Shown here: positions 49,995-63,030 of the stretch, piece after piece | Layout of the letters: each line of letters opens with the position of its first letter | Position numbering within the stretch: the first letter of the stretch is position 1 | Origin: Podospora anserina | Taxonomy: Eukaryota | Assembly (NCBI GenBank): GCA_017654855.1 | Contig: CM030332.1 | Span: 186,001 to 250,000 of the forward strand | Length of the DNA: 64,000 bases | Direction of reading: 5' to 3' | Notes under the pieces: generated by a model | Databases searched by the model: none | What the model was told of the DNA's origin: nothing | What the model saw: the letters and a program-made list of their open reading frames with translations, nothing else | Made by a program: the position numbers and the translations under genes

Positions 49995-51673
49995 CTATGC
50001 CTTGCGGGACCTGGCGGGGCCGAGGGGGTTGACCTTCCACTGCTTGGTGACGGGGTCGATGCACTCATCCTGGGCCTGCTTCCACTCGTTGATGACGATC
50101 TGCTTGCGGGCCTCGGAGCGGGGGGTGATGGTGCACTTGAACTCCTCGGGCTGGCAGACGAAACCCTGCGTGAGCTTCTCCTGGTCGGGGAGGATGGTGT
50201 TGCCCTGGGCGTCAACGTAGGGCTTGATGTCAAAGGCCCAGAGGATGCGAGAGATACCAAGGAACAAGCTGCGCTCGGCGACGTGGATACCAGGGCAGAT
50301 GCGACGGCCAGCACCAAAAGTGAACTGATCACGCTTGGTGTAGTCGGGGTTGGCAGCGGCGTCACCGAGGGACTGGAAGTCGTTCTCATAGCGGTCCGGG
50401 TTGAACTTGCGGGGCTCGGGGTGGCGCGCAGGGTCCATGTGGATAGCCCAGACGTTGTTGACAACACCGGCGTTGGCAGGGATCAGGTAACCGTCATAGT
50501 AATCATCCTTGGTGACAGCGTGGGGGACAGCACCCATGATGGTGGTGGGCATCCAGCGAAGAGCCTCCTTCATGATCTGGCGAATGTACTGCAGGTCCTG
50601 CTCGTCATCCATGGTGGGCAGACGCTTGTCACCAATGACGCGGTCGATGATCTCCTGGGCGCGCTTCTGAACCTCGGGGTAGAGAACCATGGCCTGAATG
50701 AAAGCGTAGAGAGTGCTGGAGGTGGTGTCGGAGCCAGCCTCGAGGAGGGTGCCAGAGATGTAGGCAGCCTGGTCGTCGTCAAAGCCCTCGGTCTTTTGAG
50801 CCTCAACCAAGTCCTCAGAGAAGCAGCGAGTGATGGTGCCGTTGAGAGTGTCCTGCTTGGCCTTGAGCCAGTGACCCAGATAGAGAGCCTTCTCCTTCTT
50901 GTGCAACTCCTTGGCCTTGACACGAGCAGGGAGCATGAAGTCGGGGAGGTAGCGGATGATGGGGAAGAAGTCCATGAGGCCGGCAGCACCAGTCTGGTTG
51001 AGCTCGGCGAACTCGCCGAAACCGTCAAAGAGCTGCATCATCTTGGGGTCATCGTAGGTCTCGCTGCGCCAGCCAAAGACCATGGTGGTGGTCAGAGAGT
51101 TGGTGTAGCGACGGACGTGGTACATGGCGCGCTCGGGGGTGTTGAGGATGTCGAAGAGCATCTGCTTGTTCTCGAGCATCTGGTAGGGGACGTAGGACTT
51201 GGCGGCAGAGATGTTGAGAAGGGTGTGCACCATCTTGCGGCACATGCGCCAGCGAGGGGTGTAGCCCATCATGAGAATGCGGAGGTCACCACTGCAGAGA
51301 GTCTGGCCGAGGTACATCTCCTGACGATGCGAGTACATGTTGCTCTTCTTGTCCAAGAGCTCCTTGACAGCCTTGTCGCTCGAGAGAACGATCATGACCT
51401 TGGTACCGAGAATCAAGCTGTAGACTGGGCCATATTCACGAGCCCACTTCTCGAACTGAAGATGAGCATCCCGAGTGGGCATCTGTCATGCCGAGTTAGC
51501 AAACCGGAGGCTCCAAGTGCGAATGGGCAAAAACAAACCAAGTGAAGATTGCCCAAGATGGGAATGGTAGGAGGTCCAGGAGGGAGGTTCTTGGGCCGGC
51601 GACCAATGGTCAGGAGTTTGGCCAACAGAACCACCGTCACAATGACGGGGAGGATGTTGAGAATGACAGCCAT
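49995..51673 (-). CDS. Cytochrome P450 monooxygenase, 2 exons
   Basis: N-terminal anchor and LPPGPPTIPILGNL, AGSDTT (I-helix), EALR (ExxR), FNPDRY and FGAGRRICPG (heme Cys). Confidence 0.97.
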
Positions 51674-52288
51674 GGTGCCGACAAGCGCAGAAGCAGAGCA
51701 AAGACGCAAGTGACAAAGTCTAAAGAAGCTGTTGTTGCTGTTTCGTCACCTACGCAATGCGCTGGTTCTTGTCGGATGCTGAGTCGAGAAAGAGTTTGAG
51801 GTGATGGGAGGAGAGGATTCAAGTACTCGGCCATCTGGTGTTGACCTCTCGGGGACGCCTCGTCTGCTGGCATCCCAAGACCCCAGAGGACCCCGCAATC
51901 CCAAAAGGCGTTGATCTCTGTCGGAGCCGAATGGGAGTGACAAGGTGCCAGGGTTCTGGGTATGGGGCTACATTAGCGCACGGTGCGGAGGTGGGATAGT
52001 GTTTTGCGGGGTGAAGCTGAGATCCATGGCGGCCCACCGCGCGGAGATAGCGGTGGTGATGTGGGAGGCCGGATCGGCACGCTCATTTTTCCGGCTTCCC
52101 AAAACAGAAATCAAGAGCATTCTCAATCCTACGTGGCATTGGAAAGAGCAATCTGTCCTTCGTGATCCTTCTCGCTCCCCGGATCTCCCCGCAATCTCTC
52201 TCCTCGACCGAGGTGTGCTCGAGTCAGCACTCGGGTATCACAAGGGCACGGGTTGACAGAGATTCGCAAACCCCCCAGCTCTTTACGT

Positions 52289-54934
52289 TTACTCAACGTT
52301 GAACTTTTGAAAGTCCGTGATGAGGTCGTTGACCTGCCGCATGCTCGTCTGGTCGTACTTGTCCAAGATTGGCTCAACCCTTGCCGGCTTGGTGACGGCT
52401 CCCTGGTCGCCATATTGTTCGGGTGGAGAGGCACCCATGTGAGGGTGACGGGCCATGGGCTTTGAAATCGTCGCAGAGAGGCGATTTGTGAGTAGACTCC
52501 CGAGAAGCCAGTACTCGGCCGAGAACCGGACAAACCCGATCCGCTTCCAGAGCATCTCGGGAGGCAGATTGTGATCTTGCAGGAGCCCGTGGGGCCAACA
52601 TGATGTCGACATGTCAAAACACCTCTCCCATATGGTGATCCAGTTGTCCAACGCATTGCGAATCGGTATGAGTTGGCCTTCGACGCCAAACAGATTTTGG
52701 TGTTGGAAGATCATGTAATGAATCGCTGTATCCACTGTCATCAGCATGAAGCACCGGGGTGCAAGAGGAAGTGGAGCGATATGCTTACCCGAAACCGTTG
52801 CGAACAGGTTGACAGGACCTAGATGAGAAAAGTGCCGGTGCATTTCGGGGGACATGGGACCAATGCAAAGCTGCTCAATTGCATCGCGAAGGAGCATGCC
52901 CCCAAACGGACTTGATGGAGGCATCCATCGATGGATCTCTGCGAGACACGCCTCTGCGCTAGCGGCCTGGAAACACACCTCCGGGCTTGCCATGTGCATT
53001 TTCATCTCCTTGATCACCATGCGATGGGGCAGGTTGTTGAAAATGACGAATGCCGTGTCGACAAGGAATATCCACAAGAACGTGCTGCCAGCAATGTTAG
53101 GAACTCTCTAACAGTCAAGTCGAAGTCAACACTCACCGAATAAGTTCCTCCCGCACGACGAACTCCATCCAGTTGAAATCATGCTTGAACTGCCTGCTGT
53201 AGTCAGGATGTCGAGCAGTGTCGATACCCAGATCTCGCGCCACCTATCCAGTGTCAGCAAAAGTAGAGAAAGCACCGGGGGTTCCATCACTTACAGACAC
53301 CACTGTGCTGAACCGATGGCGGCGAATCCTCCTCTTCCCGGCATCAGTTCCTTCCCAATTTTGGTACAGACATACAATGTACGAGGCTTGTAGTGCTTGG
53401 AGCTTGCGGCGGCTGGCAAGCACACTTGTTGGGGAGGTGACTTCTGTGCTAGGCTCAATATCCCTACAGAAGTCGTCATCTGTAAAGACCATCTCCTCCA
53501 CACAGTTGAACCACACCTTGGCATCCTCATTGTCCGCTGGGTCTGGAGAAACGCACGCTCCTATTTTCATGTGTCAGAAAAGAGACGGCGTCCCAATACC
53601 AAGCATGGACTAAACTAACCTATGAGAGCCATGGCTGCCAAGAGGATGGACTTGCACGTGGTCGGGTCAAAGGTTGGGCGATGGAGTATGTTCACGTTCG
53701 GATGCCAGACTGACCAGTATAGCTCGATGAACTTGGCGAACCTCGATGGCGAGAAGAACTGAAGACACTGCTGTTCAAGGGCGGCGGACCACGTGAGGGT
53801 GACAGTGCTATTGTTCGGCTTGACCGTGACAACATTTTTGATTAGTAGGACCACCTGCTGCAGTTTGATTACTATAGGGTTATGGAGCCATAGTGACCAA
53901 GATGAAAGGGTGTTGCTGCCGGACACGCCACTAGCCGTTAGTGCGGCGGCAGTTGGGTCGTCTAGTGGCATGAAGAGAGGTGGAACGGCACCCAAGAATT
54001 CTGGATGTTGGCGTTCTAGGTAGGAATTATGAAATGCCGCCACGATCTGGTGACGCTGAGCCAGAGTAGCACATTCGAACGATGAGACCAAACCAGTCCG
54101 GCTGGTGAAGTCGTACAAGAATCCAAAAGAGTAGCCTCTATACTCTGAAGTGGTTGAGCTTGGGCTCAGCTCCCGCTGGAAAGCCTCGGCTTGGTGATCT
54201 TGCTCGGTGAGGCCGTCATGCCCGCCGGGATTGGGTTGGTGGGAGAAGTCGATATCCAGCCATCCGTCCGGCATGGAGTGGTGACCGTCAAGAACAGGAA
54301 ATGTTGTGACGGCTTGGTGGATCAGGGCATCGAGATCGTCATAGGGCACATCATCAAAGGTGGACGCTGTGCCGTCGTCCATGCTGCCGCCGTGAGTCGA
54401 GACGATGGCCGAGGAAGCATCGTCAAAGGTCTGGTGGTGGTGGTGGTGGTGGTGTATCGGGGCTGGTACCGGTGGGAGCTGTGGCATGATACGGGGAAGA
54501 GGAGGAGGAGCTGAGGAGGTCTCTCCCAGGATGGAAGGGGGTCCGGGGGCGGAGACAGGAGGAGCAGGGAGGGGGGCTGCGCTATTGCTGGCACCGTTAC
54601 TGGCACCGGCACCGGCAGAGCCGCCATAGGTGCACTCGACACCTCTCTTTTCGCAGTTGAGACACGGCTGGCCCGAGTTGCAGGCCTTCTTCTGGCGAAC
54701 ACAGCGGTCACAGGCACGACGACGGCCCGAGGACGAGTTGGCGGCGCCGTCACAGGTCTGGAGATGGCGCTTCAACACATCGGTCCGCTGGAAGGCAGCA
54801 TTGCAGAGGATGCAGCGGTGGGGTCTCTCGGATGTGTGCGTGCCGCGATGGCGCTGGAGGTGCTCTCGCCGTTTGTAGGTCTTGAAGCACACGGAGCAGC
54901 GGTGGAGTCCTGAGGTGTCGGCCATTGCTGACAT
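52289..54934 (-). CDS. Transcription factor with two C2H2 fingers plus a Zn(II)2Cys6 cluster and fungal TF domain, multi-exon
   Basis: CSVCFKTYKRREHLQRHRGTH, CILCNAAFQRTDVLKRHLQTC, ACDRCVRQKKACNSGQPCLNCEKRGVEC, WHPNVNILHRPTF and FLVDTAFVIFNNLP. Confidence 0.93.
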
Positions 54935-55707
54935 GAGACAGTAGCATTCCCTTGCCTTGTTGGAGCCCTGAGATGCCGATGACAGATGACATGGGGATTT
55001 GGGGAAGAAAAAGGTCGATAGCCGAAACCAAGACAGGACTGGATCTTTCAAAAATGCGGGGGGTGGGCCCTGGTGGATGATTTTGTCCGTCCGCGGTGGG
55101 GGCCACTTGACTGGAACAGACATCGCCCTGTTGTGCCAGCCAATCAGCGCCTAGAGATATGTCCGTTCAGGGGATCAGCGCTCGACCGAAGCCCCATAGA
55201 AGCGGCAAATTCCACGAGCCGAGGGCGGTGAGGTCAACGTCATGTCACCATTTCACACTATGTCTTACACCCGACTTATAATATGGCAGTATACGAATGC
55301 TCATGACTCGATTCGAGCTCTATACCTAATTCTCGAGATGGGGTTTCCAGTTCGAGCAAGATCATGTGTTCAAGATTACCTTTGTCCAGTACAATTGACA
55401 AGAATATATATGCGCCAACATCACCATGTAACAGACCAAAATATCGTGGTACCAACATGTGTAGGTGGCGGCAAGGTCAGATGTCTTCCGCTGCAATGTG
55501 GTCATCAGTATTTTCTTCTTTAAACTCCAATGGCAGAATGTTGGTAGTAGCACGAGCTCCCTATGTTGTTCAGAACGTGATAAGTGTCAAATGTGTACAT
55601 GTGAAGAGGTTCGTTATGTGTTTTGACTGTGAGATCGTGACCTACTATCATCAGCATCCGCTGCTCTTTCTGTTATGACACAATAAATCATTCATGTTCA
55701 CTGGTAT

Positions 55708-56317
55708 TTATTGCTCCCAGAAAGTGGTTGCCCGAGGCCAATCTTCCCAGTGAACCCTGATGGGTTGCTCCAGTTAAGATTCATTCTTTTCATCCCATTC
55801 TTGGAGCATGATCAGGTTCGTCCCACAGTTATTCACTTAGATTGTATTGTTCCCAGACTCACACTGTACAATGGCAACTTTTTCACCATGGCGGGGTCCA
55901 TGATGGTAACAGGAGCAAGTTGGAGATCTTGAGAGTTTAAATTCTTCCTCCTCATCCCCCCAACTCTTCTCCCCACCATCGTATCAGTGACCTTCACATC
56001 CCGAGAACTCAAAGTTTACCCAGTTGCCGTCATCAAAACCATCAAAGAAACATTCCCTCTTCACTGTAAGTCCAATGTGAATTATCGACAGACAGGCGTT
56101 TCCTGACGACAAAAAAGCCAAAGCTAGGTACCTCAACTTCTGCCTCCGCCTCGAATTCTCGACGAAGGACATCCTCGGCTAGATCGATTCCGCGCAACAA
56201 TCCAATCTTAGCTTCCCAAGAAACCTCGACTTTCTCATGCCAATATTGTCGCCTTTCAGATAGCAACATTGACCTGGGATCACACGTCGGCTCTTGCCTT
56301 AGAACCAATGTCCTCAA
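55708..56317 (-). pseudogene. Possible decayed hypothetical gene
   Basis: Protein-like reading (LRYLALAF..., FDDGNWVNFEFSGC, IRVHWEDWPRATTFWEQ) broken by several stops and frame changes. Confidence 0.3.
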
Positions 56318-56620
56318 AATACCTGGATTTTTCCTCAGATATTAACTTTAACGCAGGAACAGCGTGTGATTTCTTGATCCAGTTTTCAGGATCAATCTCC
56401 TCACAACAATCTCATTAGCAGTGTTGGTCTCGCAACAGTACAACAGTTCAGCCTTCAACCACCCGCAGGCCTTGGTCTATTTAAGCAAAAACCCATCCCG
56501 ACGACTCTCCGATCAAACTTTTCCTCATCATTCGCATTCATCAGCAAAATCTCATCTGTCCATCAACCAGCTAAGACTTTGCCACGAATACCAATACATC
56601 ACTCGGACCCAACAATCATC

Positions 56621-58120
56621 ATGGATTCTCAGAGAGTGCTGTCCCTTTGGGACCAAGCTGCCCTCCGAGGCTACATGTTTTGTTGCCCTCTGCTTTCCTA
56701 CCAGCCTCACCGCTAAGCCTCCGGGACATGACATCGTTGGCCGCATCAGGCATTCGCTCAGGCGGCTCGCTTTGGAGCGGGCAGAGTTTGCCGGCAATCT
56801 CACGGTGCAGCACACCAACGTTGTTCTCCAGCAGACCAAATCGTACTTTATCCCCTTGGAGGTGCTCCACACCCCCTCTGACGCCCCCTCTGACACCCTC
56901 TTTAAGATGTCTTACGATGAGCTGGCGGCCCAAGGCTTCCCGGCCAAGGCTTTCGTCCATCCTGACTTCACTCTGAACATTCCTTTGGAAGAAGGGGGTG
57001 AACCTGTCCCGGTCTCTAAATTCCGGGTTCTCTTCCTCATCGAGGGTGGGTTCGTTCTCTTTGTCAACCTCCACCATTCTTTTGCAGACGGATCCAACCT
57101 GGCTACTTTCCTTGAGCTTTTTGGCAAGGCCACCGTCGCTGAGGACAAAAATGACCCCATCGGTGCTTACCAACCAGCCAACGTTTGGCTGAGCCTTCCC
57201 TTTGAAAAGTGCGGCAAGGACTTCTCGAGCCTCCTGGCCAAGTGTCCGGAGTACGCTCTGCTGGACGAGTCTACCGGCCCGACCCAACCCATCCTCTCGA
57301 CTCTCCCCAACGCTCCTGAGACCAATGATGTTGGCAAGACTTTCATTATCGATCTTGACAAGATTACTAACCTTTTCGACAAGTCGTTGAAGATCTCGGC
57401 CTTTTTCGGATTTTCTGCCATTGCTTGGTCTCACATCGCCAGGGCCCGTCTCTCCGGCATGGAACCTGTTCAGCAGTGGGCTTTCCGGAACCAGGCCCCG
57501 GCCTTCTGGAACCCCGCTGACTGGTCCAACAAGTTCAAGAAGCTGTTCGCCGAGGGGGAGTACGCCGACAAGTACTTTGATGCCATCCAAGGCTATTATT
57601 ACGGTAACTCGGTGACCCTTCCCATCACTCGTGGACCCATCAAGGTTCTCGACCTCTTTCTGCTTGCCGTTGGAACACCCACGCCTCGGGTCGCGACAGC
57701 CTCACCAAGATCGCCACGGCCATCAGGGCCGCCAACAAGGCCGTCAACGAAGACTTCATCCTCACCCGGACCGCTCTCTTCCACAACACCCCAGATATCC
57801 GCAAGCTAAGCATGAACCTCGACTCTCGTGGTCCCCAGCACTTGTCAGTCAACACCTGGGGCTTCTTGGGCACCGAAGCCAAGTTCTTCTTCCCCGGTCT
57901 CAGAAACGCTGTGACCGGTGGTGATGGTGTGAGAGCTGAGGCTGTCTGCCGTGTTCAGGGCGCGTGGGCCAAGGCTCCTCACTGCCTGGTTCTCCCCCAT
58001 CGCCCCGCCATCAACCCCAAGAAGGAATGGGAGGTGTTGATTACTCTTCCGGAGAAATCCATGGAAACTCTGCTCGCTGACAGCACATTTATGTCTGTCG
58101 TCAAAAAGGTTGTGGAGTAG
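56621..58120 (+). pseudogene. CoA-dependent O-acyltransferase (Tri101/BAHD-like transferase family) with two single-base frameshifts
   Basis: MDSQRVLSLWDQAALRGYM-FVALCFP, catalytic HHSFADG, YYGNSV, and KIATAIRAANKAVNEDFI..NTW. A +1 change lies in a T-run at ~56678 and a -1 change in a T-run at ~57657. Confidence 0.85.
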
Positions 58121-58979
58121 GGGTTTATTACCATACAGGGCGTACTTTGGCGGTATTCCTATCCATACAGGGATGGCGGATTTTCACGGGTGCTGGACAT
58201 AGCGAAGAGGTGGATAACTGATTAATAATAATTAATATTTTTTATGAAACAACAATTCCCAACGTACCAATGCATTCGTGATATCATGTCTATTGTAGAG
58301 GTGTGGCCAGGTTCAAGTCGCCCTATTTCTTTTTGATGATGAACATAGTAGTAGGATTTGACACATAAAATGAGGCTATTCTCGTCTCATCAAAACCTCC
58401 GTCGACCGGTGTCTTTCATTGTTCACAGAACACATCGCATGTGTATCGTACAAAGGGGGGTCGCCAGGGTTAGGGTCCCCTTATTTTTGGCCAAGAACAC
58501 GCCAGGTGAAAACGCGGAAACGCCGACAGAGAATAGAGAATGAGAAAACCAGCACACCATCGATATGAAGGCAGCCCAGCGCCGAGGTGAGAGTAAGTGT
58601 CACATCAAAAAATCCAACAGCTTTGTCCGACCTGCCATGTGGTTACAGTCGCCCCACAAAGAAAGAGTGCCTGGCGTGCCTGGGAAGGCGCAGCAGCAAG
58701 TTCCAGAGTGGAGTGACGTATTGGATCCAACCACAATGCGAGAGCCGATCAACGGCCTCCGTCTTTCATCGACAAGATGACGGGTAACGTCATTCGATGC
58801 CCGTTTGTAAGGCGCATTCCATTCTTGGCTTCAATACAAATAAATACAGAAGGATTTTCTCTCTGGGCGACCCTCTGCCAGGTTCAATTCTCCTGCATCG
58901 TGAAGAGACCACTTTCACTCTTTGAACAAGATCGTAACACACAACCAACAAACCCCAACCCCACAGTATCACCAAAAAA

Positions 58980-60059
58980 ATGGCCGACCAAGTCCGCGCC
59001 AAAATCACGGCCGCCGCCGCCAAAAACAAGGAACTCCTTGCCATCCTCCAACAAACTGACCACGCCATCCCCTCACTAGAACAACAGCGCCGCCTCGTCA
59101 AGGATCTCGAAGGCGAGGTCAGAGCCTCAGACGCGCGCGTCGCAGCGGTAGACCGCAAGCGCAAAAAGGAATACCACGAACATGAGAAATACCGTGACTC
59201 CGTCCTCAAGCGCTTTGCTTACAAGGCTACCGGCAAGCGCGAAAAGTTTGAACAGAGGGCTGCCAAGGAGGAGCAAGAGTATTTTGAGGCGCTTCAAGAA
59301 GAACACCGAGAAACGGAAATCAACAAGGACGTCAAGATTCAGTTGCAGGAGGCGAGGCGAGTGGCTGCTGACTTGGAGAGGGATGTGGCGAGACATAACG
59401 ATGTGCAAAAGCAGTTGGATGAGCTGTACGGCAGGATCTTTGGCGGGCCGACACCGGGGTATCCGGAGGAGGATGAGCAGGAGCGGGAGGCCAATGCAAG
59501 GACTCAGGCGTACCAGGCTACCAAGGGCAAGTCAGAGGCGGAGAGGCAGGCTTTGAAGATTTTGGGAGAGGGTCAGTTGAGGATGAAGAGAGCGCTGGGC
59601 TTCATGGAGGAGGCGTTGATGCACTCGAGGCGGGATATGTTTGGTGGCGGGACCTTTACGGACATGATGGAGCGAAATGCGCTGTCGCAGGCTGAGAGGG
59701 AGGTCATGTCGGCAAACATGCTGGTGATGCAGGCTCAGCGCATGAGCCCAAGAGTCACCAACCTGCCGCAGGTCAATATCGACCAAGGCAACTTGATGAT
59801 GGATGTATTCTTTGACAACATTTTCACCGACATGGCGTTCCACGACAAGATCAAGGCTTCAAGGGAGAGTGTGTTGCGGGCAGCCATGGCGATGGACGGG
59901 CAGGTTGCCGCTGCAAGGCAAAGGGTGGCCCAGTTCGAGGGACAGCTGAGGGTGGAGGAGCAGAGTATGAGGGAGGCTCGCGAAAAGCTGCAAAAGGTCA
60001 GAGAGAGGGTGTTTGAGACTGTGGCAGCAAGTACACCACCGCCGGCATATGAGCCTTGA
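58980..60059 (+). CDS. Fungal coiled-coil hypothetical protein with C-terminal PPxY
   Basis: Intronless 359-aa helical ORF; LYGRIFGGPTPGYPEEDEQE, DVFFDNIFTDMAFHDKIK and PPPAYEP. Confidence 0.85.
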   Translation: MADQVRAKITAAAAKNKELLAILQQTDHAIPSLEQQRRLVKDLEGEVRASDARVAAVDRKRKKEYHEHEKYRDSVLKRFAYKATGKREKFEQRAAKEEQEYFEALQEEHRETEINKDVKIQLQEARRVAADLERDVARHNDVQKQLDELYGRIFGGPTPGYPEEDEQEREANARTQAYQATKGKSEAERQALKILGEGQLRMKRALGFMEEALMHSRRDMFGGGTFTDMMERNALSQAEREVMSANMLVMQAQRMSPRVTNLPQVNIDQGNLMMDVFFDNIFTDMAFHDKIKASRESVLRAAMAMDGQVAAARQRVAQFEGQLRVEEQSMREAREKLQKVRERVFETVAASTPPPAYEP

Positions 60060-60830
60060 GATTGTACTCTGAACATTTCCTTCTTTTTTTATCGATTAAG
60101 ATAGATAGGTAACCTTATGCTGAGATGATGCGCGGCTGCTGCGCTGCCTTTGTCCCCCCTCCCCACTCTGCACATCGGAAATATGCTTTGAGCTACTGCC
60201 CACCCGTTGACAGCCGGCCAGTTGAATTGCATGCAGGTCGAGGTGGGCCCCTTTTCCGACAGCGATTTTCTCCCTGATGGCTCCTTCTTCGTAGTTGTTG
60301 GCAGATGGATGCGATGGTGCGTTACCTTAGGTGGTAGCCTTGTTACAAATCTGGTCCCCTGACCCAGAACGGCTTAGCGACTCCGCCTTCTCCGAGGCCC
60401 GCCTGGCTCCTGCCTTCTCCTATCGAGCACTGCTGTCCTGTCACTCGAGCAAACGAACGCACAAACTTGGCAGAATTTGCGTTCAAATTTCCATTCTTTG
60501 CATCTTTGTTATTCTTTTCTTCTCCGTTGCCCACTGTATTGGCGGAGACTGGCGTTTGTTTGGCTGTGTGACTGGAGGCTGCCCCGGCTTCGCGAAGCCG
60601 AGGCCACCCTTATCTATGCCCCGAGAGTTGCTACACCGCACATAGAGTTCTTAGCCCTACCTTACTTGCTTTCGTACCTTAGACTCGCAGCCACAACGTG
60701 CCGGCCGACGCCAACCTTGGCTGCCTTACCGTCTGGACATCAGCATCGCCAATCCACCGCGCGCTCCATCTCACATGCACTTGAGCTGTTGCTGTCAACA
60801 TATATAAGGTAGCTCAGTTTCATCGCTACA

Positions 60831-62811
60831 ATGCCTAGAGTAACAAGGCGGAGTACAAAGCGAAGTAAGTCCTCATATTCTACCTGGGCGACCACAACTT
60901 CTTAACACCACTCGCTACACAGAGGCGGAAGAGGAAGTGGCGGACAAGACGGCGGTAACTAGCACGAATCAACAATCGCTTCCCAATACAAAGTTTGGGC
61001 AAGCTTCTGAAGTTATCACTAGATACTTTGGAATCCAAGGTGTCCCAAGGCGGTTCACCAAACCGAGTAGTGATAATGGCTCAACGGACAGTATTCACAG
61101 CTGCCCACCAAGTTCTGAGGATGAGTACGAGGACGAGGTGGCCAATGTAGAAGACATGCAGTCTGAACCAGCACCCCAACTGCAAGAAGGTACCGAATCA
61201 TCCACGTCACTAGTCACCGAGTGGCTATCCACGACTCCCGAACCGGACAAGGATGACACTCGCTCTATTCCATCGCCTTGGAAAACACGAAAGACAACGT
61301 CTGAAACGAGCACACTGTCAGCCTCGAAAGAACATCAGCCTTGTTCACCTCTCAATTCGCAAGACCTATACCATCAGAGTGATTCGATGGACATTGATCC
61401 GCCAAGATCGCCGCAACAGACATCACTCAGCTTCAAACCCATCGAACCGCCTTCAACCGACTTTGAGTTCCAGGTCCAGTACAACACCATTTCAGGAAAC
61501 AAGCTGAAAACCCGATCACTCTCTCCATATGTTAGCGGCAGTCCTCTAGGCGGCGAATCTGAATTGGTTCAACGTCCTCATTCAATACCTCCCGAGCGAA
61601 CTACACCCAACCTAGTCCTCGAAACAGTGTTGGGTTGCTCCGACTTGCTTAATAGAGGGGATGCCTCAGCTTCACAGGCTGACATCAGCGAGTTTTTGGT
61701 TGACGATCAACTTCACCTGCCAATCCTGTCTGGTGAACAGATACCAACAACTGAACATCAGATTTCAGCATGGAACCCTTCATCTTCACGCGGTTCCAGT
61801 CCTCTATCGTCACCTCCCGACTCACCGACCATGCAATTGCTTGATATGATAAACTTTCCATCCGTCTCGGCTACTCCCTCAGTCCTGGAATCTGCCGGCT
61901 CTGCAACACTTCCAACGACCGAGGCGTGCTTCGAACCCGGAACTAGCCCAGTGTATGAGACGAGCGTGCAAGCCCTAGATCAAGCTATTGTTGTTCCGTT
62001 ATCCGCTCAGCCAGCACCCATCCCAGATCACTCCTATCTACTTCGGCCATCTGTGCAATCAGCACCCGCCCCGGTTCGACATGCTGTCCCTTTGAGCAAG
62101 ATGGACAAAGTACCTAGGGTCGCAAGTCAAGTCCCCAAGAAGCGAGCACTAGTTGTAGGCTCAAGGGAAGAACGCGACATCCTGGTGAGACTGTATGTGC
62201 AAGAGGCCGGCGAGCTGACAACAATAAAGACTAAGCTGTCCTATCTCGGTAATCGAATTGGACAGGTCAAGGGCGTGAAAGAGACCGACAGGATGCTGAG
62301 AATTCTGGGGCAGGCGGAAGATGATGGCGAGTTGACACTGAGGTCTATTCACAGAAAACGGGCGGAGGAAATTAGGCAGCGAGATGCCAAGGTTGACGGT
62401 CAGAGTGGGAAACAGGTCAAGAGTGGTGAAGGACGCAGTGGGAGTCTTTCAACTTCTAACATCAAGAATACTGTTGGGGATGGCACTGGTGCTGCTAAAG
62501 TTGGGGCTGAGGACAGCACTTGCACTGATATTCCCATGACTGATGTTGGGGACAAGGTTGATGTCGACAGCGGTGCCAATCTTGAGCAACCCGCGGTTAC
62601 TAAAGGCAAGACTGCGGCTAAGGAGGAGCATATTGAGGATATGATCTATGTATGCATGGGACTCTTTACAAGCCGGCAGGATCTGGCTAGGACGACGAAG
62701 GCGGCCGGGGCGAACGCAGGAAACGGCACGGCCGGGAATACCTTGGAACCATGGGCGCTTCACACCTGCGCTAAATGCCGACTTTGGGCGATAGAGGAAG
62801 AAGGCATTTGA
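60831..62811 (+). CDS. Ser/Pro-rich hypothetical protein, 2 exons
   Basis: Exon 1 MPRVTRRSTKR, then an intron (GTAAGT...CAG, ~60865-60922) joining in frame to the 624-codon ORF. Confidence 0.7.
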
Positions 62812-63030
62812 TAGAGTGGTACGAGATAGATAGTCGTTGCTCGTTTCTTCTTGTTGCTCTTCATTAGAAAGCTCAATCATGACCTTGCTACAGAATACCT
62901 GAAACATGCTTCTGGAAGCGACGCGCAGTCACCTTGTTATTGATATGTGATGATCTATTAATAAGTCACGTATAGATGCGATAAAGTGTATTTTCTTCCT
63001 AATTCAGGTCACCACCCTGCTGTCAAATGT

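Noticed and set aside
49977-51545. 522-aa plus-strand ORF
   Set aside because: Antisense shadow of the codon-biased P450; no motifs of its own.
52289-54934. Calling the TF the melanin regulator Cmr1/Pig1
   Set aside because: The domain layout is the same, but there are no PKS or reductase neighbours and orthology cannot be shown from this sequence.
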